The position numbers and the translations under genes were made by a program. A stretch of 64,000 nt of DNA from Paraspadella gotoi (lineage: Eukaryota > Animalia > Chaetognatha), in contig CM119269.1 in the NCBI GenBank assembly GCA_051294375.1, positions 21,003,665-21,067,664 of the forward strand, written 5' to 3'. Under the pieces are notes generated by a model that saw only the letters and a list, made by a program, of their open reading frames with translations, did not search any database and was not told the DNA's origin. The first letter of the stretch is position 1. Every line of letters starts with the position of its first letter. Below, in pieces: positions 1 through 12,383 of the stretch.

Positions 1-3000
1 TTCAACAGCCTCCCTCACCCCCCCGAATTCCCTTCAACAGCCTCCTCCACCCCCCGAATTCCCTTCAACAGCCTCCTCCCCCCCCCGAATTCCCTTCAAC
101 AGCCTCCCTCCCCCCCGAATTCCCTTCAACACCTCCCTCCCCCCCGAATTCCCTCACAGCCTCCTCCCCCCCCGAATTCCCTTCAACAGCCTCCCTCCAC
201 CCCCCGAATTCCCTTCAACAGCCTCCCTCCACCCCCCGAATTCCCTTCAACAGCCTCCCTCCACCCCGCCCGAATTCCCTTCAACAGCCTCCTTCCACCC
301 CCCCGAAAAATTCCCTTCAACAGCCTCCCTCCACCACCCCAATTCCCTTCAACAGCCTCCCTCCCCCGAATTCCCTTCAACAGCCTCCCTCCCCCCCCCG
401 CCGAATTCCCTTCAACAGCCTCCCTCCACCCCCCCAATCCCCCAAAAACAATTCCCTTCAACAGCCTCCCTCCCACCCCCCCGAATTCCCTTCACAGCTC
501 CCTCCACCCCCCGATTCCCTTCAACAGCCTCCCTCCCCACCCCCCCGAATTCCCTTCAACAGCCTCCCTCCACCCCCCCGAATTCCCTTCAACACGCCTC
601 CCTCCACCCCCCCGAATTCCCTTCAACAGCCTCCCTCCACCCCCCGAATTCCCTTCAACAGCCCTCTCCACCCCCCGAATTCCCTTCAACAGCCTCCCTC
701 CACCCCCCCGAATTCCCTTCAACAGCCCTCCCTCCACCCTCCCGAAATTCCCTTCAACAGCCTCCCTCCACCCCCCCGAATTCCTTCAACAGCCTCCCTC
801 CACCCCCCGAATTCCCTTCAACAGCCTCCCTCCACCCCCGAATTCCTCACAAGCTCTCCCCCCCCCGAATTCCTTCAACAGCCTCTCCTCCCCCCGAATT
901 CCTTCAACACCTCCCTCCACCCCCCGAATTCCCTTCAACAGCCTCCCTCCCCCCCCGAATTCCTTCAACAGCCTCCCTCCACCCCCCCGAATTCCCTTCA
1001 ACAGCCTCCCTCCACCCCCCGAATTCCTTCAACAGCCTCCCTCCACCCCCCCCGAATTCCCTTCAACAGCTCCCTCACCCCCCCGAATTCCCTTCACAGC
1101 CCTCCCTCCACCCCCCCGAATTCCCTTCAACAGCCTCCCTCCACCCCCCGTAATCCCCTTCAACAGCCTCCCTCCCCCCGAAATTCCCTTCAACAGCCTC
1201 CCTCCCCCCCCCCCCGAATTCCCTTCAACAGCCTCCCCCACCCCCCGAATTCCCTTCAACAGCTCCCTCCACCCCCGAATTCCTTCAACAGCCTCCCTCC
1301 ACCCCCCCAATCCCCTTCAACAGCCTCCCTCCACCCCCTCCGAATTCCCTTCAACAGCCTCCCTCCACCCCCGAATTCCCTTCAACAGCCTCCCTCCACC
1401 CCCCGAATTCCCTTCAACAGCCTCCCCTCCACCCCCGAATTCCTTCAACAGCCTCCCTCCACCCCCGAATTCCCTTCAACAGCCTCCTCTCCCCCCCCGA
1501 ATTCCCTTCAACAGCCTCCCCCCCCCCCGAATTCCCTTCAACAGCCTCCCTCCCAAGCCCCCGAATTCCCTTCAACAGCCTCCCTCCACCCCCCGAATTC
1601 CCTTCAACAGCCTCCCTCCACCCCCGAATTCCCTTCAACAGCCTCCCTCCACCCCCCCGAATTCCCTTCAACAGGCCTCCCTCCACCCCCCGAATTCCCT
1701 TCAACAGCTCCCCCCCCCCCGAATTCCCTTCAACAGCCTCCTCCACCCCCCCGAATTCCCTTCAACAGCCTCCCTCCACCCCCGAATTCCCTTCAACAGC
1801 TCCCTCCACCCCCCCCCCGAATTCCCTTCAACAGCCTCCCTCCACCCCCGAATTCCCTTCAACAGCCTCCTCCCCCCCCGAATTCCTTCAACAGCCTCCC
1901 TCCACCCCCCGAATTCCCTTCAACAGCCTCCCTCCACCCCCCGAATTCCCTTCAACAGCTCCCTCCACCCCCGAATTCCCTTCAACAGCCTCCTCCACCC
2001 CCCCGAATTCCCCCATTCAACAGCCTCCCTCCACCCCCCGAATTCCCTTCAACAGCCTCCTCCACCCCCCGAATTCCCTTCAACAGCCTCCCTCCCCCCC
2101 CGAATTCCCTTCAACAGCCTCCCTCCACCCCCCCGAATTCCTTCAACAGCCTCCCTCCACCCCCGCAAGAACCCTCTCACCCCCCTTCACCTCTCCCCCC
2201 CCCCTTAGCTCCCTCCACCCCCCGAATTCCCTTCAACAGCCTCCCTCCACCCCCCGCAAAAGAAACCCTCTCACCCCCAAACACCTTTCACCTCTCCCCC
2301 CCCTTAGTCTCTTTTCCTTCCTTCTGTCTTTCCGATCGACGAAGCGCGAAATTTCTTCGTTCGCTTTCGACTTTTCCCTTAATTATTTTCTCCCTTNNNN
2401 NNNNNNNNNNNNNNNNNNNNNTCCACAATCCCCCGAATTCCCTCTCTTACACCCCCCCTCCTCCCCGCTCAAATCTCCCCTCCTTTCCAACTATTTTCTG
2501 ACACACTAAATTCCTTCTCCCAACTCCTATAATATTTCTCTCTTTCTCCCCCCCCCCCGAATTCCCTTCAAACAGCCCCTCCACCCCCCCGAATTCCCTT
2601 CAACAGCCTCCTCCACCCCCCCGAATTCCCTTCAACAGCCTCCTCACCCCCCCGAATTCCCTTCACAGCCTCCCTCCCCCCCCGAATTCCCTTCAACAGC
2701 CTCCCTCCCCCCCCCGAATTCCTTCAAACAGCCTCCTCCACCCCCCCCGAATTCCCTTCAACAGCCTCCCTCCACCCCCCGAATTCCCTTCAACAGCCTC
2801 CCTCCACCCCCCCGAAATTCCCTTCAACAGCCTCCCTCCACCCCCCGAATTCCCTTCAACAGCCTCCCTCCCCCCCCGAATTCCCTTCAACAGCCTCCCT
2901 CCACCCCCCGAATTCCCTTCAACAGCCTCCCTCCCCCCCCGAATTCCCTTCAATCAGCCTCCCTCCACCCCCCCGAATTCCCTTCAACAGCCTCCCTCCC

Positions 3001-6000
3001 CCCCCGAATTCCCTTCAACAGCCTCCCTCCCCCCCCGAATTCCCTTCAACAGCCTCCCTCCACCCCCCCCGAATTCCCTTCAACAGCCTCCCTCCACCCC
3101 CCCGAATTCCCTTCAACAGCCTCCCTCCCCCCCCCGAATTCCCTTCAACAGCCTCCCTCCCCCCCGAATTCCCTTCAACAGCCCCCTCCCCCCCCCCGAA
3201 TTCCCTTCAACAGCCTCCCCCCCCCCCGAATTCCCTTCAACAGCCTCCCTCTCCCCCCCGAATTCCCTTCAACAGCCTCCCTCCACCCCCCGAATTCCCT
3301 TCAACAGCCTCCCTCCACCCCCCGAATTCCCTTCAACAAGCCTCCCTCCACCCCCCCGAATTCCCTTCAACAGCCCCCTCACCCCCCCGAATTCCCTTCA
3401 ACAGCCTCCTCCCCCCCCGAATTCCCTTCAAAGCCTCCCCCCGAATTCCCTTCAACAGCCTCCCTCCACCCCCCCGAATTCCCTTCAACAGCCTCCCTCC
3501 ACCCCCCGAATTCCCTTCAACAGCCTCCCTCCCCCCCGAATTCCCTTCAACAGCCTCCCTCCACCCCCCCCGAATTCCCTTCAACAGCCTCCCTCCCACC
3601 CCCCGAATTCCCTTCAACAGCCTCCTCCACCCCCCCGAATTCCCCTTCAACAGCCTCCCTCCACCCCCCCGAATTCCCTTCAACAGCCTCCCCGCCCCCC
3701 CGAATTCCCTTCAACAGCCTCCCTCCACCCCCCCGAATTCCCTTCAACAGCCTCCCTCCACCCCCCGAATTCCCTTCAACGCCTCCTCCCCCCGAATTCC
3801 CTTCAAAGCCTCCCTCACCCCCGCCGAATTCCCTTCAACAGCCTCCCTCCACCCCCCGAATTCCCTTCAACAGCCTCCCTCCACCCCCCCGAATTCCCTT
3901 CAACAGCCTCCCTCCCCCCCCCGAATTCCCTTCAACAGCCTCCCTCCCCCCCCGAATTCCCTTCAACAGCTCCCTCCACCCCCCCGAATTCCTTCAACAA
4001 GCTCCCTCCACCCCCCCCGAATTCCCTTCAACAGCCCTCCCCTCCACCCCCGAATTCCTCAACAGCCTCCCTCCACCCCCCCGAATTCCCTTCAACAGCC
4101 TCCCTCCACCGCCCCCGAATTCCTTCAACAGCCTCCCTCCACCCCCCCGAATTCCCTTCAACAGCCTCCTCCACCCCCCAGAATTCCTTCAACAGCTCCC
4201 TCCCCCCCGAATTCCTTCAACAGCCTCCTCCACCCCCCGAATTCCCTTCAACAGCTCCCTCCCCCCCCCGAATTCCCTTCAACAGCCTCCCTCCCCCCCC
4301 GAATTCCCTTCAACAGCCTCCCTCCACCCCCCCCGAATTCCTTCAACAGCCTCCCTCCACCCCCCCGAATTCCCTTCAACAGCCTCCCTCCACCCCCCGA
4401 ATTCCCTTCAACAGCCTCCTCCACCCCCCGAATTCCCTTCAACAGCCTCCCTCCCCCCGATCCCTCAACAGCTCCCTCCAGAATTCCCTTCAACAGCCTC
4501 CCTCCCCCCCCCCGAATTCCTTCAACAGCCTCCCCTCCACCCCCCGAATTCCCTTCAACAGCCTCCCTCCCCCCCCCCCCGAATTCCCTTCAACAGCCTC
4601 CCTCCACCCCCGAATTCCCTTCAACAGCTCCCTCCCCCCCCGAATTCCCTTCAACAGCCTCCTCCCCCCCCGAATTCCTCACAGCCTCCCTCCACCCCGA
4701 ATTCCCTTCAACAGCCTCCCTCCACCCCCCGAATTCCCTTCAACAGCCTCCCTCCACCCCCCGAATTCCCTTCAACAGCCTCCCTCCACCCCCCCCGAAT
4801 TCCTTCAAACAGCCTCCCTCCACCCCCCCGAATTCCCTTCAACAGCCTCCCTCCACCCCCCGAATTCCCTTCAACAGCCTCCCCCACCCCCCCCGAATTC
4901 CCTTCACAGCCTCCTCACCCCCCGAATTCCCTTCAACGCCTCTCCACCCCCCCGAATTCCTTCAACAGCCTCCCTCCACCCCCCGAATTCCCTTCAACAG
5001 CCTCCCTCCACCCCCCGAATTCCCTTCAACAGCCTCCCTCCACCCCCCCGAATTCCTTCAACAGCCTCCCTCCACCCCCCGAATTCCCTTCAACAGCCTC
5101 CTCCACCCCCCGAATTCCCTTCAACCAGCCTCCCTCCACCCCCGAATTCCCTTCAACAGCTCCCTCCACCCCCCGAATTCCCTTCAACAGCCTCCTCCCC
5201 CCCCCGAATTCCCTCAACAGCCTCCCTCCACCCCCCGAATTCCTTCAACAGCCTCCCTCCACCCCCCGAATTCCCTTCAACAGCTCCCTCCACCCCCCGA
5301 ATTCCCTTCAACAGCCTCCCTCCACCCCCCCGAATTCCTTCAACAGCCTCCCTCCACCCCCCGAAATTCCCTTCAACAGCCTCCCTCCACCCCCCGAATT
5401 CCCTTCAACAGCCTCCCTCCCCCCCGAATTCCTTCAACAGCTCCTCCACCCCCGAATTCCTTCACAGCCTCCCTCCACCCCCCCGAATTCCCTTCAACAG
5501 CTCCCTCCACCCCCCCGAATTCCCTTCAACAGCCTCCCTCCCCCCCCCGAATTCCCTTCAACAGCCTCCCTCCACCCCGAATTCCCTTCAACAGCCTCCC
5601 TCCACCCCCCGAATTCCCTTCAACAGCCTCCCTCCACCCCCGAATTCCCTTCAACAGCCTCCCCTCCACCCCCCCGAATTCCCTTCAACAGCCTCCTCCA
5701 CCCCCCCGAATTCCTTCAACGCCTCCCTCCACCCCCGAATTCCCTTCAACAGCCTCCCTCACCCCCCCGACCCTCAACAGCCAATTCCCTTCAACAGCCT
5801 CCTCCACCCCCCGAATTCCCTTCAACAGCCTCCCTCCACCCCCCGAATTCCCTTCAACAGCCTCCTCCACCCCCCGAATTCCCTTCAACAGCCTCCCTCC
5901 ACCCCCCCGAATTCCCTTCAACAGCCTCCCCCACCCCCCGAATTCCCTTCAACAGCCTCCCTCCACCCCCCCGAATTCCCTTCAACAGCCTCCTCCCCCC

Positions 6001-8284
6001 CGAATTCCCTTCAACAGCCTCCCTCCACCCCCCCGAATCCCTTCAACAGCCTCCCTCCACCCCCCCGAATTCCCTTCAACAGCCTCCCTCCCCCCCCGAA
6101 TTCCTTCAACAGCCTCCTCCACCCCCGAATTCCTTCAACAGCCTCCCTCCACCCCCCCGATATCCCTTCAACAGCCTCCCTCCACCCCCGAATTCCCTTC
6201 AACAGCCTCCTCCCCCCCCCCGAATTCCCTTCAACAGCCTCCCTCCACCCCCCCGAATTCCCCCTTCAACAGCCTCCCTCCCCCCCCGAATTCCCTTCAA
6301 CAGCCTCCCTCCACCCCCCCGAATTCCCTTCAACAGCCTCCTCCCCCCCCAGAATTCCTTTCAGCCTCCCTCCACCCCCCCGAATTCCCTTCAACAGCCT
6401 CCCTCACCCCCCCGAATTCCCTTCAACAGCCTCCCTCCACCCCCCGAATTCCCTTCCAACAGCCTCCTCCACCCCCCCGAATTCCCTTCACAGCTCTCCT
6501 CCACCCCCCGGAATTCCCTTCAAACAGCCTCCCCCCCCCGAATTCCCTTCAACAGCCTCCCTCCCCCCGAATTCCCTTCAACGCCTCCTCCACCCCCCGA
6601 ATTCCCTTCAACAGCCTCCCTCCACCCCCCCGAATTCCCCTCTCAACAGCCTCCCTCCACCCCCCCGAATTCCCTTCAACAGCCTTCCCTCCACCCCCCC
6701 GAATTCCCTTCAACAGCCTCCCTCCCCCCGAATCCCTTCAACGCCTCCCTCCCCCCCCAGATCCTTCACAGCCTCCCTCCACACCCCCGAATTCCCTTCA
6801 ACAGTCCTCCCTCCACCCCCCGAATTCCCTTCAACAGCCTCCCTCACCCCCCGAATTCCTTCAACAGCTCCCTCCACCCCCCGAATTCCCTTCAACAGCC
6901 TCCTCCCCCCCCGAATTCCCTTCAACAGCCTCCCCTCCACCCCCCGAATTCCCTTCAACAGCCTCCCTCCCCCCCCCCCGAATTCCCTTCAACAGCCTCC
7001 CTCCCCCCCCCCGAATTCCCTTCAACAGCCTCCCTCCCCCCCCCGAATTCCCTTTCAACAGCCTCCCTCCACCCCCCGAATCCCTTCAACAGCCTCCCTC
7101 CCCCCCCGAATTCCTTCAACAGCCTCCTCCACCCCCCCCGAATTCCCTTCAACAGCCTCCCTCCACCCCCCGAATCCCTTCAACAGCCTCCCTCCACCCC
7201 CCCGAATTCCCTTCAACAGCCTCCTCCACCCCCCGAATTCCCTTCAACAGCCTCCCTCCACCCCCCGAATCCCTTCAACAGCCTCCCTCCCCCCCCCGAA
7301 TTCCCTTCAACAGCCTCCCTCCACCCCCCCGAATTCCCTTCAACAGCCTCCCTCCACCCCCCCGAATTTCAACAGCCTCCCTCCACCCCCCGAATTCCCT
7401 TCAACAGCCTCCCTCCACCCCCCGAATTCCCTTCACAGCCTCCCTCCACCCCCCGAATTCCCTTCAACAGCCTCCCTCCCCCCCCGAATTCCTTCAACAG
7501 CCTCCCTCCACCCCCCCGAATTCCCTTCAACAGCCTCCCTCCACCCCCCGAATTCCCTTCAACAGCCTCCCTCCACCCCCCGAATTCCCTTCAACAGCCT
7601 CCTCCCCCCCGAATTCCCTTCAACAGCCTCCCCCCCCCCCCGAATTCCCTTCAACAGCCTCCCTCCACCCCCCCGAATTCCCTTCAACAGCCTCCTCCAC
7701 CCCCCCGAATTCCTTCAACAGCCTCCCTCCACCCCCCCCGAATTCCCTTCAACAGCCTCCTCCACCCCCCGAATTCCCTTCAACAGCCTCCCTCCCCCCC
7801 CGAATTCCCTTCAACAGCCTCCCTCCCCCCCGAATTCCCTTCAACAGCCTCCCCTCCACCCCCCGAATTCCCTTCAACAGCCTCCCTCCCCCCCCGAATT
7901 CCCTTCAACAGCCTCCCTCCACCCCCGATCCTCAACGCCCTCCCACCCCCCCGATTCCCTTCAACAGCCTCCCTCCCTCCCCCCGAATTCCCTTCAACAG
8001 CCTCCCTCCACCCCCCCGAATTCCCTTCAACAGCCTCCCTCCACCCCCCCGAATTCCCTTCAACAGCCTCCCTCCACCCCCCGAATTCCCTTCAACAGCC
8101 TCCTCCCACCCCCCGAATTCCCTTCAACAGCCTCCCTCCCCCCCCCGAATTCCCTTCAACAGCCTCCCTCCCCCCCCCGAATTCCTTTCAACAGCCTCCC
8201 TCCCCCCCCCGAATTCCCTTCAACAGCCTCCCTCCCCCCCCGAATTCCCTTTCAACAGCCTCCCTCCACCCCCCCGAATTTCCC
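1..8284. repeat. Tandem satellite, 32-33 bp unit GAATTCCCTTCAACAGCCTCCCTCCACCCCCC(C)
   Basis: The unit repeats continuously from the window start to ~8284, varying mainly in C-run length, with an EcoRI site in most units. It is interrupted by non-satellite sequence and an N gap at ~2161-2550. The many short minus-strand ORFs (GGRLLKGIRG / EAVEGNSGG) are translations of the repeat. Confidence 0.98.
2397..2421. other. Assembly gap (N run); further gaps at 15466-15483, 15781-15975 and 49766-49790
   Basis: N runs are visible in the sequence. The 49766 gap is flanked by a direct duplication of ~160 bp (about 49596-49765 vs 49791-49951), typical of an unmerged contig overlap. Confidence 0.99.
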
Positions 8285-8347
8285 TGGGGGGAGTTATATA
8301 ATTCAATTAATTTCTCATTTGAGGACAGTATTGCACCTGATACTTCA

Positions 8348-8386
<39 letters not shown>

Positions 8387-9178
8387 CCCCTTCCATCTTC
8401 CTTCCACTTTCAAGCTGTTGACGATGGGTATTTTATGTCCAACTTTTGAGAAAAAAACTTTTTTTGAAAAAGAATTTCATTTTCTTCTCATAACTTTTAT
8501 GCGCGATATTAAGTTTTAATTTACGAGGAGCTTTCAGCGCCGAAGGAAAAGTATCCATGCGAACCGTTAGTCTTTGCTTGGATCTAGGAAAGCAGCAATG
8601 ATTATTAGGAATGAAAATCGGCCTCGCTGACATTTTTTGAGACTTGAAACTTTGTCCCGGGAGATGGCGATCGGTATAAGTTTATTTAACGTAGCAATCA
8701 CGTTCTACAATCAACAAAAAACGGCTGAATTTCGGGATATATTACTAAAAAAGTTTCCGAAAATGTTTTCGTTTTGTTAGTAAAACAAGGGGAAAAAAAC
8801 CGATCCGAGACAGACCGACCAATTAACATACAAAAGTAAAAATCTACACCTTCCCTTCCCATTTTTATTTTATTTTAGTCGACAGAATAAATATCCTTCG
8901 ATGACATTTATAAACGAAATCGAAGGGGAAAAGGGCTCAGCTGCAGGGCGAGTCTATTGCATCCCATTTACCTCCTCTTCCCGGATGTAATTGGCTGAGA
9001 GAAAATCCCGAAGGGAGGAAAAAAAGGAGGCGGGACTTCTTTTCCATCTCAATAACTCCAATTACTTTTCCTTCTCTAAGTTCAATCTCACCTCCTCCCC
9101 CCTCTCGCCCCCTTCCCCGCCAAAACTCTTTCCGAATCGTCGACAACATTTCTCCCTTTTTTTTTTTCCTCCCCGCAG

Positions 9179-11576
9179 GCGACGGAGAGAGGCCAAGACT
9201 CAATCCACGCTGGAACGAACTCTCAAACCAAATTCCATTCCGTCCAATGGAATCTGCACGGCGACCCCGACCATCAGGGCCATTTCCGGTAGGATTTGCT
9301 AACTCGGAAACGTTGTTGACATTTGACCTTTTTTTTTCGTTCGGGTTGACGCTTAGTGATAACTAAGCCTTGTTCGTTTACACGATTCGGACAATCGCAC
9401 CAACTTACCCTAGCGGTCACAAACATCATTTAGTCCATAATTTGGTCAAAGGACTTACATTCGTAATACTAATAGATCATCTAACTCGACATTCCACACT
9501 GATATCTCTTCATACCAGTGAATTCTTCCAGTCAGTTCAAGAGATTATCATGGATTATCTTTTAAATTTGGATTTAACAGACGGTCATCTGAAAATGACA
9601 CGTTATTTCAACAGATGATCATCCAGACTTCATCTTTCAACCCCCAACCCCCTCCTCCCGGTTCCCTCATTTCAGGTCAACACATGGTCATGACCTCCGA
9701 CGGCTACAGTGACGAAGAAAAACTTTTCGTCGGCGGCGTCGATACCGATTCTCCCATCTGCGACTTTTCTCCGGCGTCGTCGGACGGCGTCCCCGGCGCT
9801 CTGACGCCACCGACGCCGCCGCCATCGCCCCTGCGGCATTCGAAGCGGTATCGGCGCCGTTACGAAGTAATCGAGGACGACGACGAAAACCGACGCCGGT
9901 TGGCCGAAACGGGCGCCGTAACGGCGCCCAGAACGTCGACGGCGTCGACCGGAGATCACTACGCGACGCCGGACGAACTCGTTATATCGGCGTCGGTCGG
10001 CGACGTGGCGCCAGTTGTCGGTAGCATGTTAGCCGGCGTCCAGAGGCCCGGTGTCCTCTCGCCGGACAATAAGCCCGAAGTCAAGTACGCCGAAATCCGG
10101 AAGCCTACGACGGCATCATCAACAGCGCCGGCAGCGCCGTGTGATGCCGATGTGCGCGGTCTCTACGCTCTGCCGAGAAAGAGAACGCCGAGGTCGGGTC
10201 GTCACTGCGTCAGTGGAGGCCGCGCCGGTGAAATAGGCGAGCCCAGCGGCGGCGTTGATTTGACGCCGGCGGAGATCGACGCTCTCTACGCGAAACCGAA
10301 GAAAAAGCCGCGGGCGTCGGTGGCGCCGATTCCCCGCGGCGGCGCTAAGACAGAGAGCGCCGCTGAAAAACCGGCGTCAAATGACGTAGACGACGTCTAC
10401 GAGGACGTGAACGATGTCGTCCGGAATTCACGTCGGCGCCCGTCACACGTTGAGTCTTGGAGCGAAGCGGCGCCGGTAGAAGAAAAGGGCGCCGCGCCGG
10501 AAATAGACGCCGCCCCTGAGAAAGACGCGGGAAAGATTGAAGACCGAGTCATTGAAATCTTTCAGATGAAAGAGGAATTGAACTTCGAAGACAACGACAA
10601 CAACAACAACAACAATCGTAATTGCGACATTAACGCCGCAAACATCGAAAATTTATTGGACAAAGAAAATAAAGAATCGTCTCTCTTCCCCGCGACAGAG
10701 AAAATCCAATTCAAAGCGACGCCGCCGACTACGCCTCCGCCGCCGGCGCCACCGCTCCCGCCGCCGCCGACGCCGCCACCGCCGCCGAATCTGCCAACCC
10801 AGCCGAAGCCGGAAAGGACGAGAGTCGGCGAAAGAAACGACGACGATGAACGAAGAAAACATGGAGGCTCTCAAGAAGACGCCTTTCAACAACAACAACA
10901 ACAACAACGACGACAAGCTCCTCGCCCGGTCGTGGACGAGTCCCTCTCAACGTCCCGTTCTCTCCCTTCGCCGCGTCCAACGAACCAGCAGGTCTACTTG
11001 AGGCGTTCCAAATCTCCCGCTGTCGTCGAGTCGACGACGACGACGACGACGACGTCCTCCTCTTCCGCCTCCCCCTCCTCCACCGTTTCCTCCCTCGCCT
11101 CCTCCTCCTCCTCCTCAGTTCCCGTCCTTCAGAGATTCGGTCGCTTCGAAGTTTGCGAAAAGTTGGAGGAGATGATGAGGAGTCACACGTTGACGAGGAG
11201 GGAGAAGGGAGGGGAGAAGGGAGAGGAGAAGGGAGAGGAGAAGGGAGAGGAGAAGGGAGGGGAGAAGGGAGAGGAGAAGGGAGGGGAAAGGGAAAGAGAA
11301 ACGGACCAGGGAGAAGGCGCAGGGGAGCGATCGGAGACAAGGAAAGAGAAATTGAAAAAAAAAGACGAAGCGGCAAGCGGCGAGGCCGGTGGAGACCCCA
11401 GCGTCAGCGGCGTCGACAACACTATCGACGGCGCCGCCGCGATTCCCACGGCGACGACGAGCGTCAGGCAGCTCATCGCGTCGAGAGAACGTCAACTCCA
11501 CGGCGCCGGCAACGAGGATCGAGCGGCGCGGAATCTCGGCCTTCAAAACAGAGACCGAGAAGTAGCGAGCAGATAG
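9179..11576 (+). CDS. 3' exons (9179-9288, 9676-11576) of a gene encoding a long, low-complexity Pro/Ser/Glu-rich tail with multiple Tyr motifs; probably the cytoplasmic tail of a membrane receptor or adaptor; 5' exons not identified
   Basis: 1.9 kb GC-rich open frame. Acceptor ccccgcag at 9178, donor G|gtagg at 9289 and acceptor tttcag at 9675 join in phase 1 to read RRREAKTQSTLERTLKP...AISG|QHMVMTSDG. The tail contains HYATP, VKYAEI, LYALP, LYAKP, VYEDV, poly-P/N/Q/S runs and GEEK repeats. The receptor call is inferred from the basic RRR start and these motifs. Confidence 0.7.
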
Positions 11577-12383
11577 AGAAATATTGAAATACTTGGGTTG
11601 TATTCCGAATTAAAAGTTAGTCATTTCCTTACTACGCAAGAAGTAAAACGCTCCTTGACTGTCTTTGGGGCAAAAAGTATCTTATTTTTTTTTTTTACAA
11701 GGTTCCTATAAAATCCTATAAAATTCCATTAAAATACGTATACAGAATGGCTTTTTTCCCCGTCATCGGAATACCAACTTTCTGTCGATATTGAAATGTT
11801 TTAGATGATCTGTTTTATTGATCTGTGCATTAGCTTGTGTACAATCTTGTGTATAATCTGTAAAATGCTGCCTTTTTAGTTAACTAGGTAAATACAGGGC
11901 GATTTGGTCGCTCGATAAACTTTGGCAATTGACATGCGTCTCTTTTCTTTCGCTTTCGTTGCTCCTCGAGTCCTTGACCTTGAAGAAGTTTGAAATTATT
12001 CAAAAACCTACGTATTTTATTACGTTATGTACATTTAGTAAATAAAACAAAACATAAAGACACCGCAATTTTATTTTTAATTTACAACAAATAAATTTCA
12101 CGCTTACTCATAACCCATGTAGGATGAAACAAGAAAATCGTGCAAAAGATGGTATGTGACTGCAGAATGCATATGTAGACAAATATCATAGAAAAACATG
12201 AAAAGTTAGCGCTGGAAATTCAAATACTGTTAAACATTAATCAAGGAGAAATAGTATTAAGGGATTTATTCGTTTTACAGCAGATTGGCACCGGGACTTA
12301 CAAACAAATTTTGAAATTTGATGGGATGTTCACTCGCCACTTGTTCAGTTCCATATGAATACAACCGAAAATTAACAATCGTC

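Noticed and set aside
2161-2550. Unique insert within the satellite, with a doubled exit sequence (ccccgcaag..ccctctcacccc..cccttag at ~2161 and ~2251)
   Set aside because: It abuts an N gap and the first copy looks like a garbled version of the second; probably a consensus or scaffolding artefact.
1-8284. CRISPR array or coding repeat
   Set aside because: Units are contiguous with no unique spacers, no cas genes are present and the context is eukaryotic. The ORFs are short and broken by homopolymer indels.
9615-9675. ATG at 9615 as the start of an intronless 653-aa gene
   Set aside because: A phase-compatible acceptor at 9675 joined to exon 9179-9288 explains the frame better; the first 20 codons are probably intronic.
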